DNA of 63,981 nt, the filler included, from Reclinomonas americana ATCC 50394 (taxonomy: Eukaryota): assembly GCA_048213135.1 (NCBI GenBank). It is 14 parts of 14 records of this genome, joined end to end, with 100 filler letters (N's around TTAATTAATTAA, not from the genome) between each part and the next. Parts side by side here need not be neighbours in the genome. Positions count along the whole stretch, not along the records: positions 23,527 to 26,295 come from AFZH01022550.1; positions 26,396 to 34,394 come from AFZH01022551.1; positions 34,495 to 46,183 come from AFZH01022552.1; 11 more parts are not named here. One strand, given 5' to 3'. The notes below the pieces were generated by a model that searched no databases, was not told where the DNA came from, and was given only the letters and a program-made list of their open reading frames with translations. Below are positions 25,967-38,350 of the stretch, piece after piece; positions within the stretch are counted from its first letter, which is position 1, and each line of letters starts with the position of its first letter. Position numbers and translations under genes: made by a program.

Positions 25967-26439
25967 GGTGTAGTTTGTTCTCTCTCACGAGTTGTGCGAA
26001 AAAAGTGTGTGAGTGCATTGTCGATGAAAGTGATAAGGGGTTTCCTCAGGTGCGCCTCTGGTCGACTGAATGTTGGATGCCGCCGAGACCACTCCCTCTT
26101 GGCTCGGAATGTCGGCTGATGTGGCGGAATTCCGAAATGGACGTCTGAAACACCACATTTACGTTTTCCGCGCACACTCGGACCGCAAAGAGAACAATCC
26201 ACCCACACACTCACCCCACTCAAACAGGTGAGTTGCGCGAGCCGCTGCTGCTGCAGCGTGCACAGGCCTCTCTGTATGTGTGCGCAACTCCGATANNNNN
26301 NNNNNNNNNNNNNNNNNNNNNNNNNNNNNNNNNNNNNNNTTAATTAATTAANNNNNNNNNNNNNNNNNNNNNNNNNNNNNNNNNNNNNNNNNNNNAAAGT
26401 CAAAAGACCACACGTATTCTCTTTGCCCCGACGATGTCG

Positions 26440-26770
26440 TATGAACGGGCACCAGGTGGGCACCATCCACCGTTGAAAAACAGCGACTTTGAGACGAATG
26501 CAACTGAGAGGCGATCGATATTGGCCACATTCGACAACGTCGACAGCCAGCCAGGAAGCAACCTTCTTGCTTCTGCGATGATCCCATAAGAACGGCCACC
26601 AGATGGGCATCCTCCATCGTTGAAACAAAGACTTTGAAGAATGCAACGGAGGCGATTGATATTGGTCACATTCAGCGACATCGACAAGCCTGCGATAAGA
26701 ATGGCCACCGGATGGGCATCCTCCAACGTCGAAGACAGCGCGACACAAAGAGGCAATCGATATGAAGCCG
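26440..26770. repeat. Degenerate tandem repeat, about 3 units of roughly 110-145 bp
   Basis: A GGCCACCAGATGGGCATCCTCCA...GAGGCGATCGATAT-like core recurs near 26448, 26594 and 26703. Confidence 0.7.
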
Positions 26771-26823
26771 ACGAGATCGGTGTTTGCTTCAGCGTTTGCG
26801 AATGTTCCGACGAGGAATTTCAC

Positions 26824-28563
26824 TTATTGCTCCTCGTAAACCAGCAGTGCCACACCGACGGGCACGTGGATTACGTGCATGGTGAACACGACGGCGACCT
26901 TGCCGGGTCTGTGGAGAGGAGGGGAGAGACAAGGAAGTAAGCGAAAACGACAGAGAGAAGAGAGATGGTAGGAAAGAGGAGCATGGAGGAGAACGAGGAG
27001 GAGGAGGAGAACGAGGAGGAGGAGGAGAACGAGGAGGAGCATGGACGGGAAAGAGGAGGAGAAGTATGGAGAAAGATGGAGGAGGAGAAGAAGAAGAAAG
27101 AGGAGGGGAATGAGAATGGAGATGGTAGAAGTAAAAGGAGGAAGTACAGGAACAAGAAGAAGGAGAAGACGAAGAAGAAGAACAAGAACAAGAACAACAA
27201 CAAGAAGAAGGAGGAGGAGGCCACAAAAAAAGAAAGGAAGAAGAAGAACAATAACAGCAACAACAACAACAACAAGAAGAAGAAGAAGAAGAAGAAGAAG
27301 AAGAAGAGGAGAAGGAGGAGGAGAATAAGAAAAAGAAGAAGACTGAGTGCAAGTAAACAGAGTCACCGACAATTCAGCTCTCGCTCGTGATACCGATGCG
27401 GTCGCATCACCACTCCTCGTATTCCCACCCTTCTCCTCTCTCGCCCCGCCACTCACCCGACCACCGTGATACCCTCCATCTCGCCGCCGCTCTCCGTGGT
27501 GAACGAATCGAGCACGTTACCCGTCTGCAAGTCCACCACATACACCGGCGCATCGGCAGCGTTGCTCGACAAGTAGATGCGCGATTGCGATGCATCCACC
27601 GCTCCGCCTTGCACCTGCAGACACACAAACGCACGCACACACCAGTGAGCAGCAAAGTCACCTCGTCGGGAGAAGCCGCAGCACCACGCACCGCCTGCAC
27701 CGTCTCCGACAGCTTCAGCTGGCGAATCGGCTGCGTCACCGACGGCGACGCCGAGAACATGTCGCGCAGCGAGTACACCGACAGCGAGTCGACATTGTCG
27801 AACTGCACACAGACGAGCGAGTGAGAGTGAGTGAGGGAGGGAAGGAAAGCGCGAACAGACGCCTTTGCACCTCGCTCGAGTACGCCAGTCCAGCGGTACA
27901 GTCGACGGCAAACCACGGAATGTGTGCCTGCGGGGTGTAGGCGTACTGGCCAGTCCACGTGAGGTTGGCAGCGTGGTACAACGCCACCGATCCGTTGGTG
28001 AACGAGTGAGCCTCGATGGCCGCGTACAGCTGGTCGTCGCAGGAAGAGATGTCGCCTGCAGGGAGAGGGAGGGAGAGACAAGGGAGAGAGAATGCATGAG
28101 AAAGAGATGCAGAGGACGGGGAGAGGGACAGGGGGAGGGGGGAGACAGAGAGGGTGAGTTGCCTGCAGACCTCTTTCTTCCTGATCACTCACTCTCTCTT
28201 TCTCCCTCTCTCTCACTCACCAATGTGCCAGTAACCACGCTCGGCCAGTGGCGGAGGCACAGTGTCCTTGGTCACACTCTGCACAGTGTGAAACTCGGCA
28301 TCGGTCTTGCGCAGCAGACTGCGTCCCGAGAAGAGCCAGTGTCCCTGAGCGTCGTGGTGGCAGAATGACACGCCCTGTGGTGGAGTACACAAATGAGAGA
28401 GAGAGTGTGTGTGTGTGTGTGTGTGTGTTTGCGGACTTGCCTGCGGACTGAGAAGGAACGCGTCTGTCCACTCATGTCGTTGGACTTGCTTCCACTGTGT
28501 GGCAAGTGCACACACTGAGCAGCACACAAGCGTGACTGTGAGAAGAAGGAGTGCTCGCCGCAT
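26824..28563 (-). CDS. Secreted beta-rich (propeller-like) hypothetical protein
   Basis: Signal MRRALLLLTVTLVCCSVCALA; in-phase exons ...WHIG|DISS...IPWFAVD...VQGG...EMEGITVV|PGKVAVVF...EEQ*. Confidence 0.7.
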
Positions 28564-28670
28564 GGACTCAGAAAAACTTTATTGGGACAGCAGCATGGTC
28601 GTGGAATTCTACAACGTCGCGTAGACAGCGAGGAAGGATGACCATCTTGTGCCTCACTTTGCAGCGGTGG

Positions 28671-30290
28671 TCACGAGAGAAACACAAACCTGCCAACTGC
28701 CACAGCCGAAAGGTCAACGTGTTTTCGCACGACGCATGCACGGATTCGACTGCTGCTGCGCCTCGGTGCGCGTACTGAGACCTTGCGCGTTGTACATGCT
28801 GCCGGCGCGCTGCGAGACAAGTGGAATAATACCACCTCTGCCTCGCATACGATGAAGCACCGCAGCACGACATCGACGAGGCACCAGTCCGAGTCGTCGA
28901 GTGTCCGCACGGCGGCGGAAGCTTGCCGAGCGGCGGTGACCTCGGTCTGTGCCATCTGCAGTGGTGACACCAGTTCTCGTCGCAGTTCCATGAGGTGGTC
29001 CAGGTCGGCAATCGTGTCGCCTTCGTCGTTTTCGATCTGTCAGATGTGAACGCGTGAGGGGATGCAAAAGGAGGAATGCACAAGCACTCACTGGTAATTT
29101 CCTCAGTCGCTGATGTGCATTACCCCCTGGGCACAGTACGCAGTTGTCACGCAGGGCTATCAGGTTTGCGTCGCACCGCGGATCACTTACAGCGGTGACG
29201 AGCTGGCGGCAATCGACATCGCCACACAAATATCTGCGCTTCCACCACCACCTCGTCGTCGACAAGACTATCCGTCGTGTCATCAACAGCACTGTAAGCA
29301 GCGAGATAACGCGACGTGCGTCGACTTCACGCGACGCAACAATCCAGCATTCTCACGTTGCAGCTCCTCGTGCGAAATCAACTGTCGCAGTCCCCAGTCT
29401 GGCTCCCCGCGAGTGAATACCATCCTCATTTCTGGGTGGTTCGAATTCTCAAGCTCGTGAGAAAGCACGAGCACCACAACAAGCTGATCACCGACACAAC
29501 TTGTAAACGTTGACTGGTGCCCCAGTCCAGGCAGCTGACTGACGACACCGAAGGCAAACTCGGCCGCAGGAAGGATGGGGCAGTCTTCGTCGCGATCGCT
29601 GCTCACAGTTTGAGCGCAACAACCATCAACAAAGAAAGCAAGACCAAGGATGACTAACGCTTCAGCGCCGGCATCAACGGCAGTAGAATCAACGTCCCTC
29701 ATCGCCACGGACTCGAGGTACGCTGACAGGTGCAGGTAGAGTTCCCGTGTGGAAACGCGATGAGGCGCCTGTGCTCACGGAAGAGGAATGAGGGCCAGCA
29801 CATCTCATACTCGTCGACGGGTCGGTAGGCACCAGCGATAGCCCTTGCACTCGAATATGGACGAGACGAGTCGTGCCCTCGCTGCCATGTGTTGCGCAAA
29901 GTCATCAATCTTCCACCTGACGACACATGCATTCGCTGCGCATTCGGCCACTCAATCAATCAAGATGATGTGACACGCCACGCAGCACATGCTACACGCA
30001 CAAGCAGTGTACACCACGCGTAGACCAGGAGGTTGGTGAGAGTCTTCCTCCGAGAACAGCAGTGTCTCTGTCCCGATCGGCGGTCAGCAACATGTGCACA
30101 GACAGGAACGAAGATGTGGGACGGACCAACGCTCTTCTCCGGATCACTGTACGAGTGAAGGGAATGAGTCGGTGCAGGAGGAGGTTGAGGCGAGTCAGAG
30201 GAGCACGGAACCCGATCGCGAACATCGTGATTGGCTGACAATAATGAACCGAACACGACGGACACGAGAGTCCAGAACTCTCGAGCTCAT
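28671..30290 (-). pseudogene. MATH/TRAF-domain gene copy A, frameshifted near 29740
   Basis: Spliced RWKIDDF...SSIFECKGYRW|RLIAFPHGN; only 8 nt lie between Asn and HLSAYLES, against 12 nt in copy B. Then AAEF, FTRGEPDWG, AGF|LVDDEVVVEAQI. Could be a sequencing error; start inferred. Confidence 0.65.
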
Positions 30291-30368
30291 CGACTGCTAC
30301 GTCGCGAATGTACCAGCGCACACTGAGAATTGAAGATCAACAACGACGTCGAGATGTACGCTTACATT

Positions 30369-31802
30369 TCAGGACAAGTGGAACAAGACCACCTCTGCCT
30401 CACAAACCATGCAGCAACGCATCACCACATCCACGAGGCACCAGTCCGAGTCGTCGAGTGCCACAACGGCCTCCGATGCACGTCGGGCGGCCATGAGCTC
30501 CATTCGTGCCGCATGCTGCGGTGTCGCCAACGCCCGCCGCACTTGCATGAGGTGGTCCAGATCGGCAAGCATGTCGCCAGCTTCATTCTCCGTCTGTAAT
30601 GACAAGCACGATGTGTAAGTAGCCGCACGTGCACGTGCACGTTCGTGAGAGTGGAGATCAGCCCACCGATGCTGGCTTCAGTTGGAACACACTGCCACCT
30701 GGCGGAGTACAACACCGTCAACACGAGGAGCGATAAACATGTTTGCAGCACAGTGTGGAACCACATACCACGGCCATAAGTGGCAAAAGCTGTCTTTGAT
30801 CGCCAGGCAAAGATCTGCGCTTCCACCACCACCGCGTCGTCGACAAGGCTGCCCGTCACCAGCACCATCATCAGCAATGAAATGACGCGAGGTGCTTCGA
30901 CTCCATGCGACGCAACAAGCCAGCATTTTCGCGTTGCAAGTCCGCGTGTGAGATCACCTGTCGCACCCCCCAGTCTTGCTCCAAGGCATTGAATACCTTC
31001 CTCATCACTGCGCGATACTCTGGTGAGAACCACACTGGCACAGAAGCAAGCAAGCAGAGAGTCAACGCAACACGTGAAAGTTGACGGATGCCCGAGTCCA
31101 GGAAGCTGACTGACAGTGGCCACTGCAAACTCGGCCGCGGGAACTTCGGGAAGACGGGTGTCTTGGCTGCAGTCAACAGTTTTAGCACGTCGGACGCTTT
31201 GGCGGAGAAACGCAGCGTGAGGTTGCCATGACGAACACTCTAATGCCCGCGTCAATGGCAGCAACCTGAATATCCAAAATGTCCATTGACTCGAGATAGA
31301 GAGACAAGTAGCCACCGATTTGGTTGCCGTGGGGGAACGCGAGAAGGCGCCTGCACCGATCGCGAGGGAGGACAGAGGAGTGAGGAGACGCAGTATCTCT
31401 TGGGTGTGACAACGGTTCCTAGGCACCAGCAAAAGCCACAGCACTCAAATGTGGGCGACATGAGTCGTGTCTTCGGAGTCATCATGTGTTGCGCAAAGCC
31501 ATCAATCCTCCACCTGACAACACATGCATTCGCTGCGCATGCAGCATCAGTCAATCAAGCAGGGTGATGCACAAGACGAGGAACACGCACCAGCAGTGTA
31601 CACCATGCGCAGACCGGGAGCCTGACGAGAGTCTTCCTCTGAGAACAGCAGAGTCTCCGTCACTGCGCAAGGCATGTGCAGTCAGCAACACGTACGAGTG
31701 TGCAACAGGAACAGAGGCATGAGTGGACAGGCCTTCGCGCTTTACAGGTCTGTGAAGGGAATGAGTCAGCACATTAGGATGTTGAAGCGACACAGAGGCC
31801 AC
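30369..31802 (-). CDS. MATH/TRAF-domain protein copy B with shared C-terminal motif
   Basis: RWRIDGF...SPTFECCGFCW|RLLAFPHGNQIGGYLSLYL, AAEFAVATVSQ, FNALEQDWG, AGF|LVDDAVVVEAQI; start uncertain. Confidence 0.8.
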
Positions 31803-32034
31803 GCAACTCGTACGTATACTCCGTCATTGCATGTGTGTGCGGCAGGTGGACAAGATTTGCCGGAAATGACTCGGAAGTTGGCACACGTTCACGCCACGCT
31901 TTCACTCATATCGCTTTGAGAGGCTCGATGTGCTTATATGTCGCGTGTGCAAGAGAGAGAGAGAGCACAGCGACGACGCTGATTTCGTGAACGTCGATGT
32001 CCTCCTCTCTCTTCATCTGTCGGTCGAGCGTGGC

Positions 32035-33713
32035 ATGGGAGACGCGTTCCGCCGCTTCCTGCAAGAGCTTGGCCACTCCACTCCACTACCTGCATCACCC
32101 ACCACTCCTGCAATCGCCCCCCATAACAACAACAACCACACAGCATGTGCACTGCAAGCAGAGCGACTCCGCAATCAGCTGCGCGTTCTGCAAGAGGCTC
32201 TCGCGCGTCTCCCCCCACCGACCACCGTCACTGTGCCTCCCACTGACACAGCACTGGCCACGGCGCTCATCACGGCACACGTGCTGCGAGTGGCTCTGCA
32301 GCGGACTGTGAGGTATGTGTCATTCACGCTCGTGAACAGACTCTGTCGCTCACGCGTGCACGCAGCGACGTGGAACGCGAGCTGCGACAAGTGGAACAAG
32401 TGGATCGGTGGTGGCAATCGCGCTGGATGCTGCGTCTAGGCAGCGCGATCCCTCCGCTGTCAGTTGTCTCGACTGCGCCTCAGTCGAGTGACGACCACGA
32501 TGAAGTGCGCGGTTTGATGCAGCGGGCGGTGCTGGTCGCTCGACGACTATTGCAAGCCGGTGCGCTGGACAAGCCTTCAGCGCGTCAGTGCTTTGTGCAG
32601 GTGCATCGACTGTTGTGGCGATTGCACGAGCGATCGTTGGAGGTGAGCTGTGAGGTCGCCTTCTCTCCCCACAAGCACGCACACACACGTGGGTGCAGGG
32701 CACGAGGGAGTGGGAGTCTGTGCTGCTGGAGACTGCTATGCTGTGTCGACTGCGACGTATGCAGACGACTGCATGTCACCGGTGGGTGGTGCAGGTGGAG
32801 GGGCTCATGGAGCACGCGCTGCGCAAGCTGCGACGGCCAGGCGACGTGTATTGCAAGTGGTGCGTGTGGACGAGGCGCAAAGAAAAACAATGGTGTGCTG
32901 ATTGTGGAGGCGCAGGAAGCACGACTGTTGGAGGCCGGCGTTGGAGGCCAGTGCGGCGCGACTGGTGGAGCAGTCTGTGTGGCCGCTGCTGGAAGACAGG
33001 TGTGCTCTTGTTGCTCCCTTCAAGACCGAAGATGACGCCCACATTATGTTGCTCCCTGTCGCAGCCTGGCGACACTGTGCGATGGTCGCGCGAGCGCTCC
33101 TGTGCAAGGTGCAGTCCGATTGTGTTTGCGCAGTCGTTGTGTGCACTGACAGTCCTCCAGAGGCCGCCCTGGCCGCCGAGTTCGCGGCTCTGCCCAGTCC
33201 ACCCACGGCTCGGATGAGTGCATTCCTCGCACGCATGGCCAGCGTGCACGCGAGTGCGGCGAGCATGGTTGGCCAGCTGAGTGTCGGTGCCGAGCAACTG
33301 GTGGGTACGCTATACCACGGCTCCGTGCCATCCGCACAGTTTGTTCGCATCCTGCTGCATGGCTGTGCGCAGGGGGTGCAAGTGGCACGGGCGGCGGTAC
33401 GACAGTGGTTGGTTCGCGCCTACATCTCCAAGAGGTGAGCCGCGTTGTGTTGTTTTTGTGCGCTGACCAAAATACTCGCTCATCTCCCGCCCACCCGCCT
33501 GCCCGCAGCCTGAATTGTGTGCCTCGTCGTCGTCGTGAAGCTCTATTGCGCTTTGTTCGTGACACAGATCAGCGACTCACTGCGCCTGCGTTGCGCATGG
33601 TGAGCGAGAACAGAATTTGTGTGCATTCGTGGACCACATGCGTGTTGTTTGTGACTCGTGTGCGCTTGCAGACGATGCGTGTGCTACGGCGACTGGACGA
33701 GAGCATGAGGTGA
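32035..33713 (+). CDS. Hypothetical protein
   Basis: Exon-like GC3-rich blocks (MGDAFRRFLQELG; LEASAARLVEQSVWP...QWLVRAYISKR) with GT-AG boundaries; no recognised domain. Confidence 0.5.
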
Positions 33714-33779
33714 TTGTAAATGCGTTTCACTGCCACGACAACGGTGTTCAGTACGACAGTGCAGGAATAGACAGACCCT

Positions 33780-36575
33780 GACAAGCATACGTGCACGTGA
33801 GTGGTACAAAACGGTAGGGGAAAGAAAGAGTCAATCAGCCAACTGCTGTCATCTACTCGCAGACAGAGCCGTCAGCCGAAGGCGCAGTTCCGTTGTCACT
33901 GCACGGCAGCGTGTCAGACACGGTGTGGCGGTCGCGAGTTGAGAGCAGTTTTTTTGCAAATCCACTCACCACACTGTGCAGCTGGTCGAACCCGCCGGGG
34001 CCGCCGACCCAGCAGCGCATGGGTCACATGAGTTTCCGTTCTGGAACGTACCAGCCGTGCTGGTGAGGGACCGCTCCGCCAGTTAGCAACCAGCATTGAG
34101 GGACTCAACAAGAAAACTCAAGCATGCACACAAACCATTGCACGCAAGTGGTGCCGTCAGCGCTGGACACAAACCCAGCATCGCAGGCAGTGCAGCTGGT
34201 GGCGCCAGCAGCCGAGATCGAGCCCGCGGCACACAATTCACATGTATTGGTAGCGGCGCTCTGAGCTGTGCCAGCAACACTGCGGACGCAGGGTTTCAGG
34301 ATGAGTTGTTGCCAGACGGAAAGGATACTATGCACGCACTCACCATTGGTCACACGCGGTGCCATCAGCACTGGAAACAAAGCCAGCACCACAANNNNNN
34401 NNNNNNNNNNNNNNNNNNNNNNNNNNNNNNNNNNNNNNTTAATTAATTAANNNNNNNNNNNNNNNNNNNNNNNNNNNNNNNNNNNNNNNNNNNNGCCGGC
34501 AGCGCTGCGTGCAACAATCGGTGAGCATTCACCGCAGCACTCGCGTTCTCACACCCACACCACCAACCATTGGTTGCACGCGGTGCCGTCAGCACTGGAC
34601 ACAAAGCCAGCACCGCAGGCAGTGCATGTGGCGTCACCGGCAGCCGAGATTGATCCAGCGGCGCTGTTTGAAGACACACCGCATAAGCGCCCCTCATTCT
34701 CCAGTTCTTGCGCAACAACGCGCTGCTTACCATGCGGTGCAAGCGGAGGTCAGGTCGCCAGACGTTCCAGCGGGGCTGTAATACGCAAAGGCACACTTAA
34801 GCACCATGCGTTTGTGTCTCGTGCGATCGGACAAGCGCCTGCTTACCAGACACACGCATCACCAGCGGCGCTCAGCACCCGCGGCGCAGCACTGCGAGAA
34901 TCATGAGTTGGTATATGTTGCATGCCAGGGCCGTTCACAAACACATGCAGATGCGTACCAGCCGCACGAGTTGGTGGCCGGATCAAACACCAAGTTAGAA
35001 GGGCTGCAGAAAAACGGGACAGTTATGAGCACACACTCTCGTTCTCCACAACTGCGTCCAAAGATTCCTCACCAGACACATCCGTCACGAGCGGCGGTCG
35101 GCGAACTGCCAGCCGGGCTGCCAAATCAAAGTGACGTGAGTTTTTTGAACACACTTACATGACAAATGGCCAGCTTCGCCGACTCACCAAGCAATGCAAC
35201 GCTTGCCGTCGTGGTCATCATCGCCATCGTCGTCGTCGTCGTCATCATTGTCATCGTGATCGTCATCGTCGAGGTCACGAGGATGCTGATGATGTCCAGC
35301 GGGCTTGGAAGCAAGCCATTTGCCGGCCGGGCTGCAGAGATGCGAGTGAGACAACAGCCACAAGGGTGCAAAGCAGACAAAGTAATCACCAGACTTCGCA
35401 CGACCACGTGCTGGCGTCGAAAAACTTGTCGCGCAAGCTGACCGCCAATGGTGTGAGAAACACACACGCGTATCATCAAATTGTGAGTACAGCGGAGCGT
35501 ACCAGTGGCACACGTTGTCGTCCGACACGGCCACATCAGGGCACGGGCGACACGCAGCAGCTCCGGCTGCGCTCACCGAGTTGCGCGGGCTGCACGACAA
35601 AGGTCATATGCACGGAATCGCGATGAAGCTGCACATTGACAGCAAATGCGTACCAGCGCTTGCAGCCGGTGGCGCCGTCGGTATCGGAAAATGTGCCGGG
35701 CGGGCTGCGTACAAATGAATGCGCAGCGTGAGTCACATGCCTGTCACCCGCAAATGATTCACGTGCTTACCAATCGGTGCAGGCGGTGTTGGGGCGAGAC
35801 GAGAATTGACCAGCGTCGCTGTGCAGCACAGAGAGAGTGGTGAGGAAACGAAGTGAGCTCTGTGAAGCGCATGGCTCGAGAGCCAGGTAGTCCCACCAAA
35901 TGTTGCAGCTCGAGACATCGCCGCCGTAGCCGGGAGGGCTGCACATCATTTGTCAGTGCCCAATGCGAGATTTGAGAAAATGCGAGCAGCACATGGACCG
36001 CACCAATCACACTTGACGGCGTCGGCGTTGAAGACGAGCGGCGATCCACTGTGACAGAAAGGTGAGCCGAGTCGACAACGCAAGGGCGGACGGCATGAAC
36101 TTACCAAACACATGAATTGTGAGCGGCGTTGGCAGCCGAGTTGGTCGGGCTGATGTGGCGAATGTGAGCACGGAGAAAGGCAATGACAGAAGCAAGTTCT
36201 GGCGCACCATGCGTCACAGTTGAAGCTGCCAGCCGAGCTGGAAGAGAACGAGAGACAACGGTGTCGTCAGCGTCAGGGAGAGGAGAGTGTCAACGAAGAA
36301 GCCGGCGGCACACGTACCCCACACATGAGCGATTGGTAGTGCGAGTAAATGTGTTGCCAGTGCTGCGGTTGGCACACTATGAGGTCACCAACATGCCCCA
36401 CTGTCGTCAGACAACGACCACCAATCACGAACCATGCCATGCAGGTGCCGGCGGCCAGACGACACTGGCCACTGGCGCAACGGCTGCCACCACCGGCAGC
36501 GACAACGTGCAGGAGCAAGGAAGTGGCCACCACCACGAGCAGCAGGGAAATCGGTGAGGAAAGTTGACGGCGCAT
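33780..36575 (-). CDS. Cys-rich surface/secreted protein with ephrin-receptor-like (GCC2/GCC3-type) repeats; spans the 34395 gap
   Basis: Signal MRRQLSSPISLLLVVVA; repeated exons of the type CAAGSISAAGATSCTACDAGFVSSADGTTCVQ on both sides of the gap; poly-Asp tract. 3' end approximate. Confidence 0.7.
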
Positions 36576-37855
36576 AATTTTTCTGCTCACGCAGGAAGCA
36601 ATCGAGTTAGTTCTCAGACAAACAGGAAGGCGGTGCGTGTTCCCGAAATGCGAGCCCCAGAGACACGCGGAAGAGCAAAAGAGATAGACAAGGGAGACGA
36701 GTGCAGACGCACAATGTGTGCATCAGAGAGGAAGCAGATGCGCACATGGCACCCAAGGCACCCCGCAGCTTCGTCAATGCATTGGTCACGGAAATGTGTG
36801 CCAAATAGGGCGCACACGGTGCGAGAAAAATAGACTGTTCTCTGACAGTGCGTCTGTCGACGTGCTATGTGGTGGGAGTGTGAGTGGGAAAGAGAGACAG
36901 AGAGAGCCTGTGAAAGCGAAGGGGGAAAGTGTGGGGGGCAAGATATCAGACATATCGGAAAAGAGAGACTCGTGAGACGCAGAAAACGCACAGAGACACA
37001 GCAGAAGGGAGGGACGGAGGGAGGGAAGGAAGGAGGGAGAGAGAGACGTCACAATGTGTGACTGAGTGGGGGTGTGGTCTCCGCTCACCAGTCTTCGAGA
37101 AAAGAAAAATAAGACACGACAGATGCTCAAATCTGCAATATGCAGAGTCGGTTGCACGGAGAGAGGCGCCCCGTGGGGGCATCTCGGCACCCGACACTGC
37201 ATATGCGTTCGATGTGATTCACTCGCCTCTCTCGCACACACACACACACACACACGCACACGTGCTCTCTCACTGTCACCGTGCACCCAGTTGTGTGCGT
37301 GTACACCAATGCAACAGAAAAACGCGGAAAAACAAGTATCTTCGTTCCCGCAAACACAACATACAGGCCGCATACGGTACCCGAAGGCGGCGGCTCACCT
37401 CCAGAAAAATGCGGTTGCCCCCGGCCGGTCGGTGCCGTACGCGTCAGCAATGACGCATGCACAACAGATGAGTCAACGAACGGCGCACTGTGGCGCTGTG
37501 GCTCCCTCAACGACACTGACAGTGCAAGCTGCAGGTGCCGGTGCACGGCGGCCAGTCGATCCATGGTCCACTCTTCGGTTGGCAAAGTCGAATCGCCAAC
37601 GAAGCTGCAAGCGATCGTCGAGTGAGCACGAAGGCAGCTGCGAGGGAACGATCGACCATGCGATGATAGTTGCATCGCTCATCGATCCACTCAACGGAAA
37701 GGAGCTGCCTGCTGCTGCTGCCCGCCCAGTGAGAGACATGCAGCACCAGCAGCTCGCAACAATGCATCAGTTTTCTTCTTTACCAGCCCTCTATCTCTCT
37801 CACACGCGCTCACACGAGCGCGCTCACATGCAGGCTACTTATACGCGCTCTCTGA

Positions 37856-38350
37856 TTACTCTGGGCACTCCTGCACACAACGCCTCTTGATCTGCAAACG
37901 ACGACACGTGGTGGTGAGTCACACACTCACATGAATGCAAGTCAGTCACAACATTCACACACACCTCCTCAAAGTCGACCTTGTCCTTGGATAATCGCTG
38001 CACGCACTCCATGCGACACGCGCGCACCTTGTTCGCCTTCTCCTCAGTTTGCGCTGCACCCAGAAGCACAGAAGAGTGAGCACAATCACACACACGCACA
38101 CACACACACACACACCAGTGGCATAGTTACGCGGATCAGCGCCTGCAGCGAGGAGAGAGAGTCAGCAAGGAGAGAGAGTCAGCACTCGCGTCTCTCTCTC
38201 TCTCTCTCTCTCTCAGTCACCTGTCGGTCCTCGATACTTTGCCTCAGAGGCCAGACGCGCGTCCATAGGCGATGGGAGAAGGAGCCAGTAGAAGGCCAAG
38301 GCTGCGGCCACGACGGCAATGATTAGCACTGTGGAGTTGTTGCGTGCCAT
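37856..38350 (-). CDS. 93-aa signal/TM micro-protein with CX3C-X17-CX3C
   Basis: Exons 38221-38350, 38116-38142, 37965-38053 and 37856-37891; all GT-AG and in phase from ATG to TAA. Confidence 0.8.

Noticed and set aside
26910..27390. Long poly-K/E/R/L ORFs (also 40250-40960, 49560-50040, 57040-58030, 59390-59940)
   Set aside because: Translations of simple-repeat tracts, mostly within introns bounded by GT-AG sites.
36600..37800. Possible gene between the Cys-rich gene and the micro-protein
   Set aside because: No consistent spliced model or recognisable motif on either strand.
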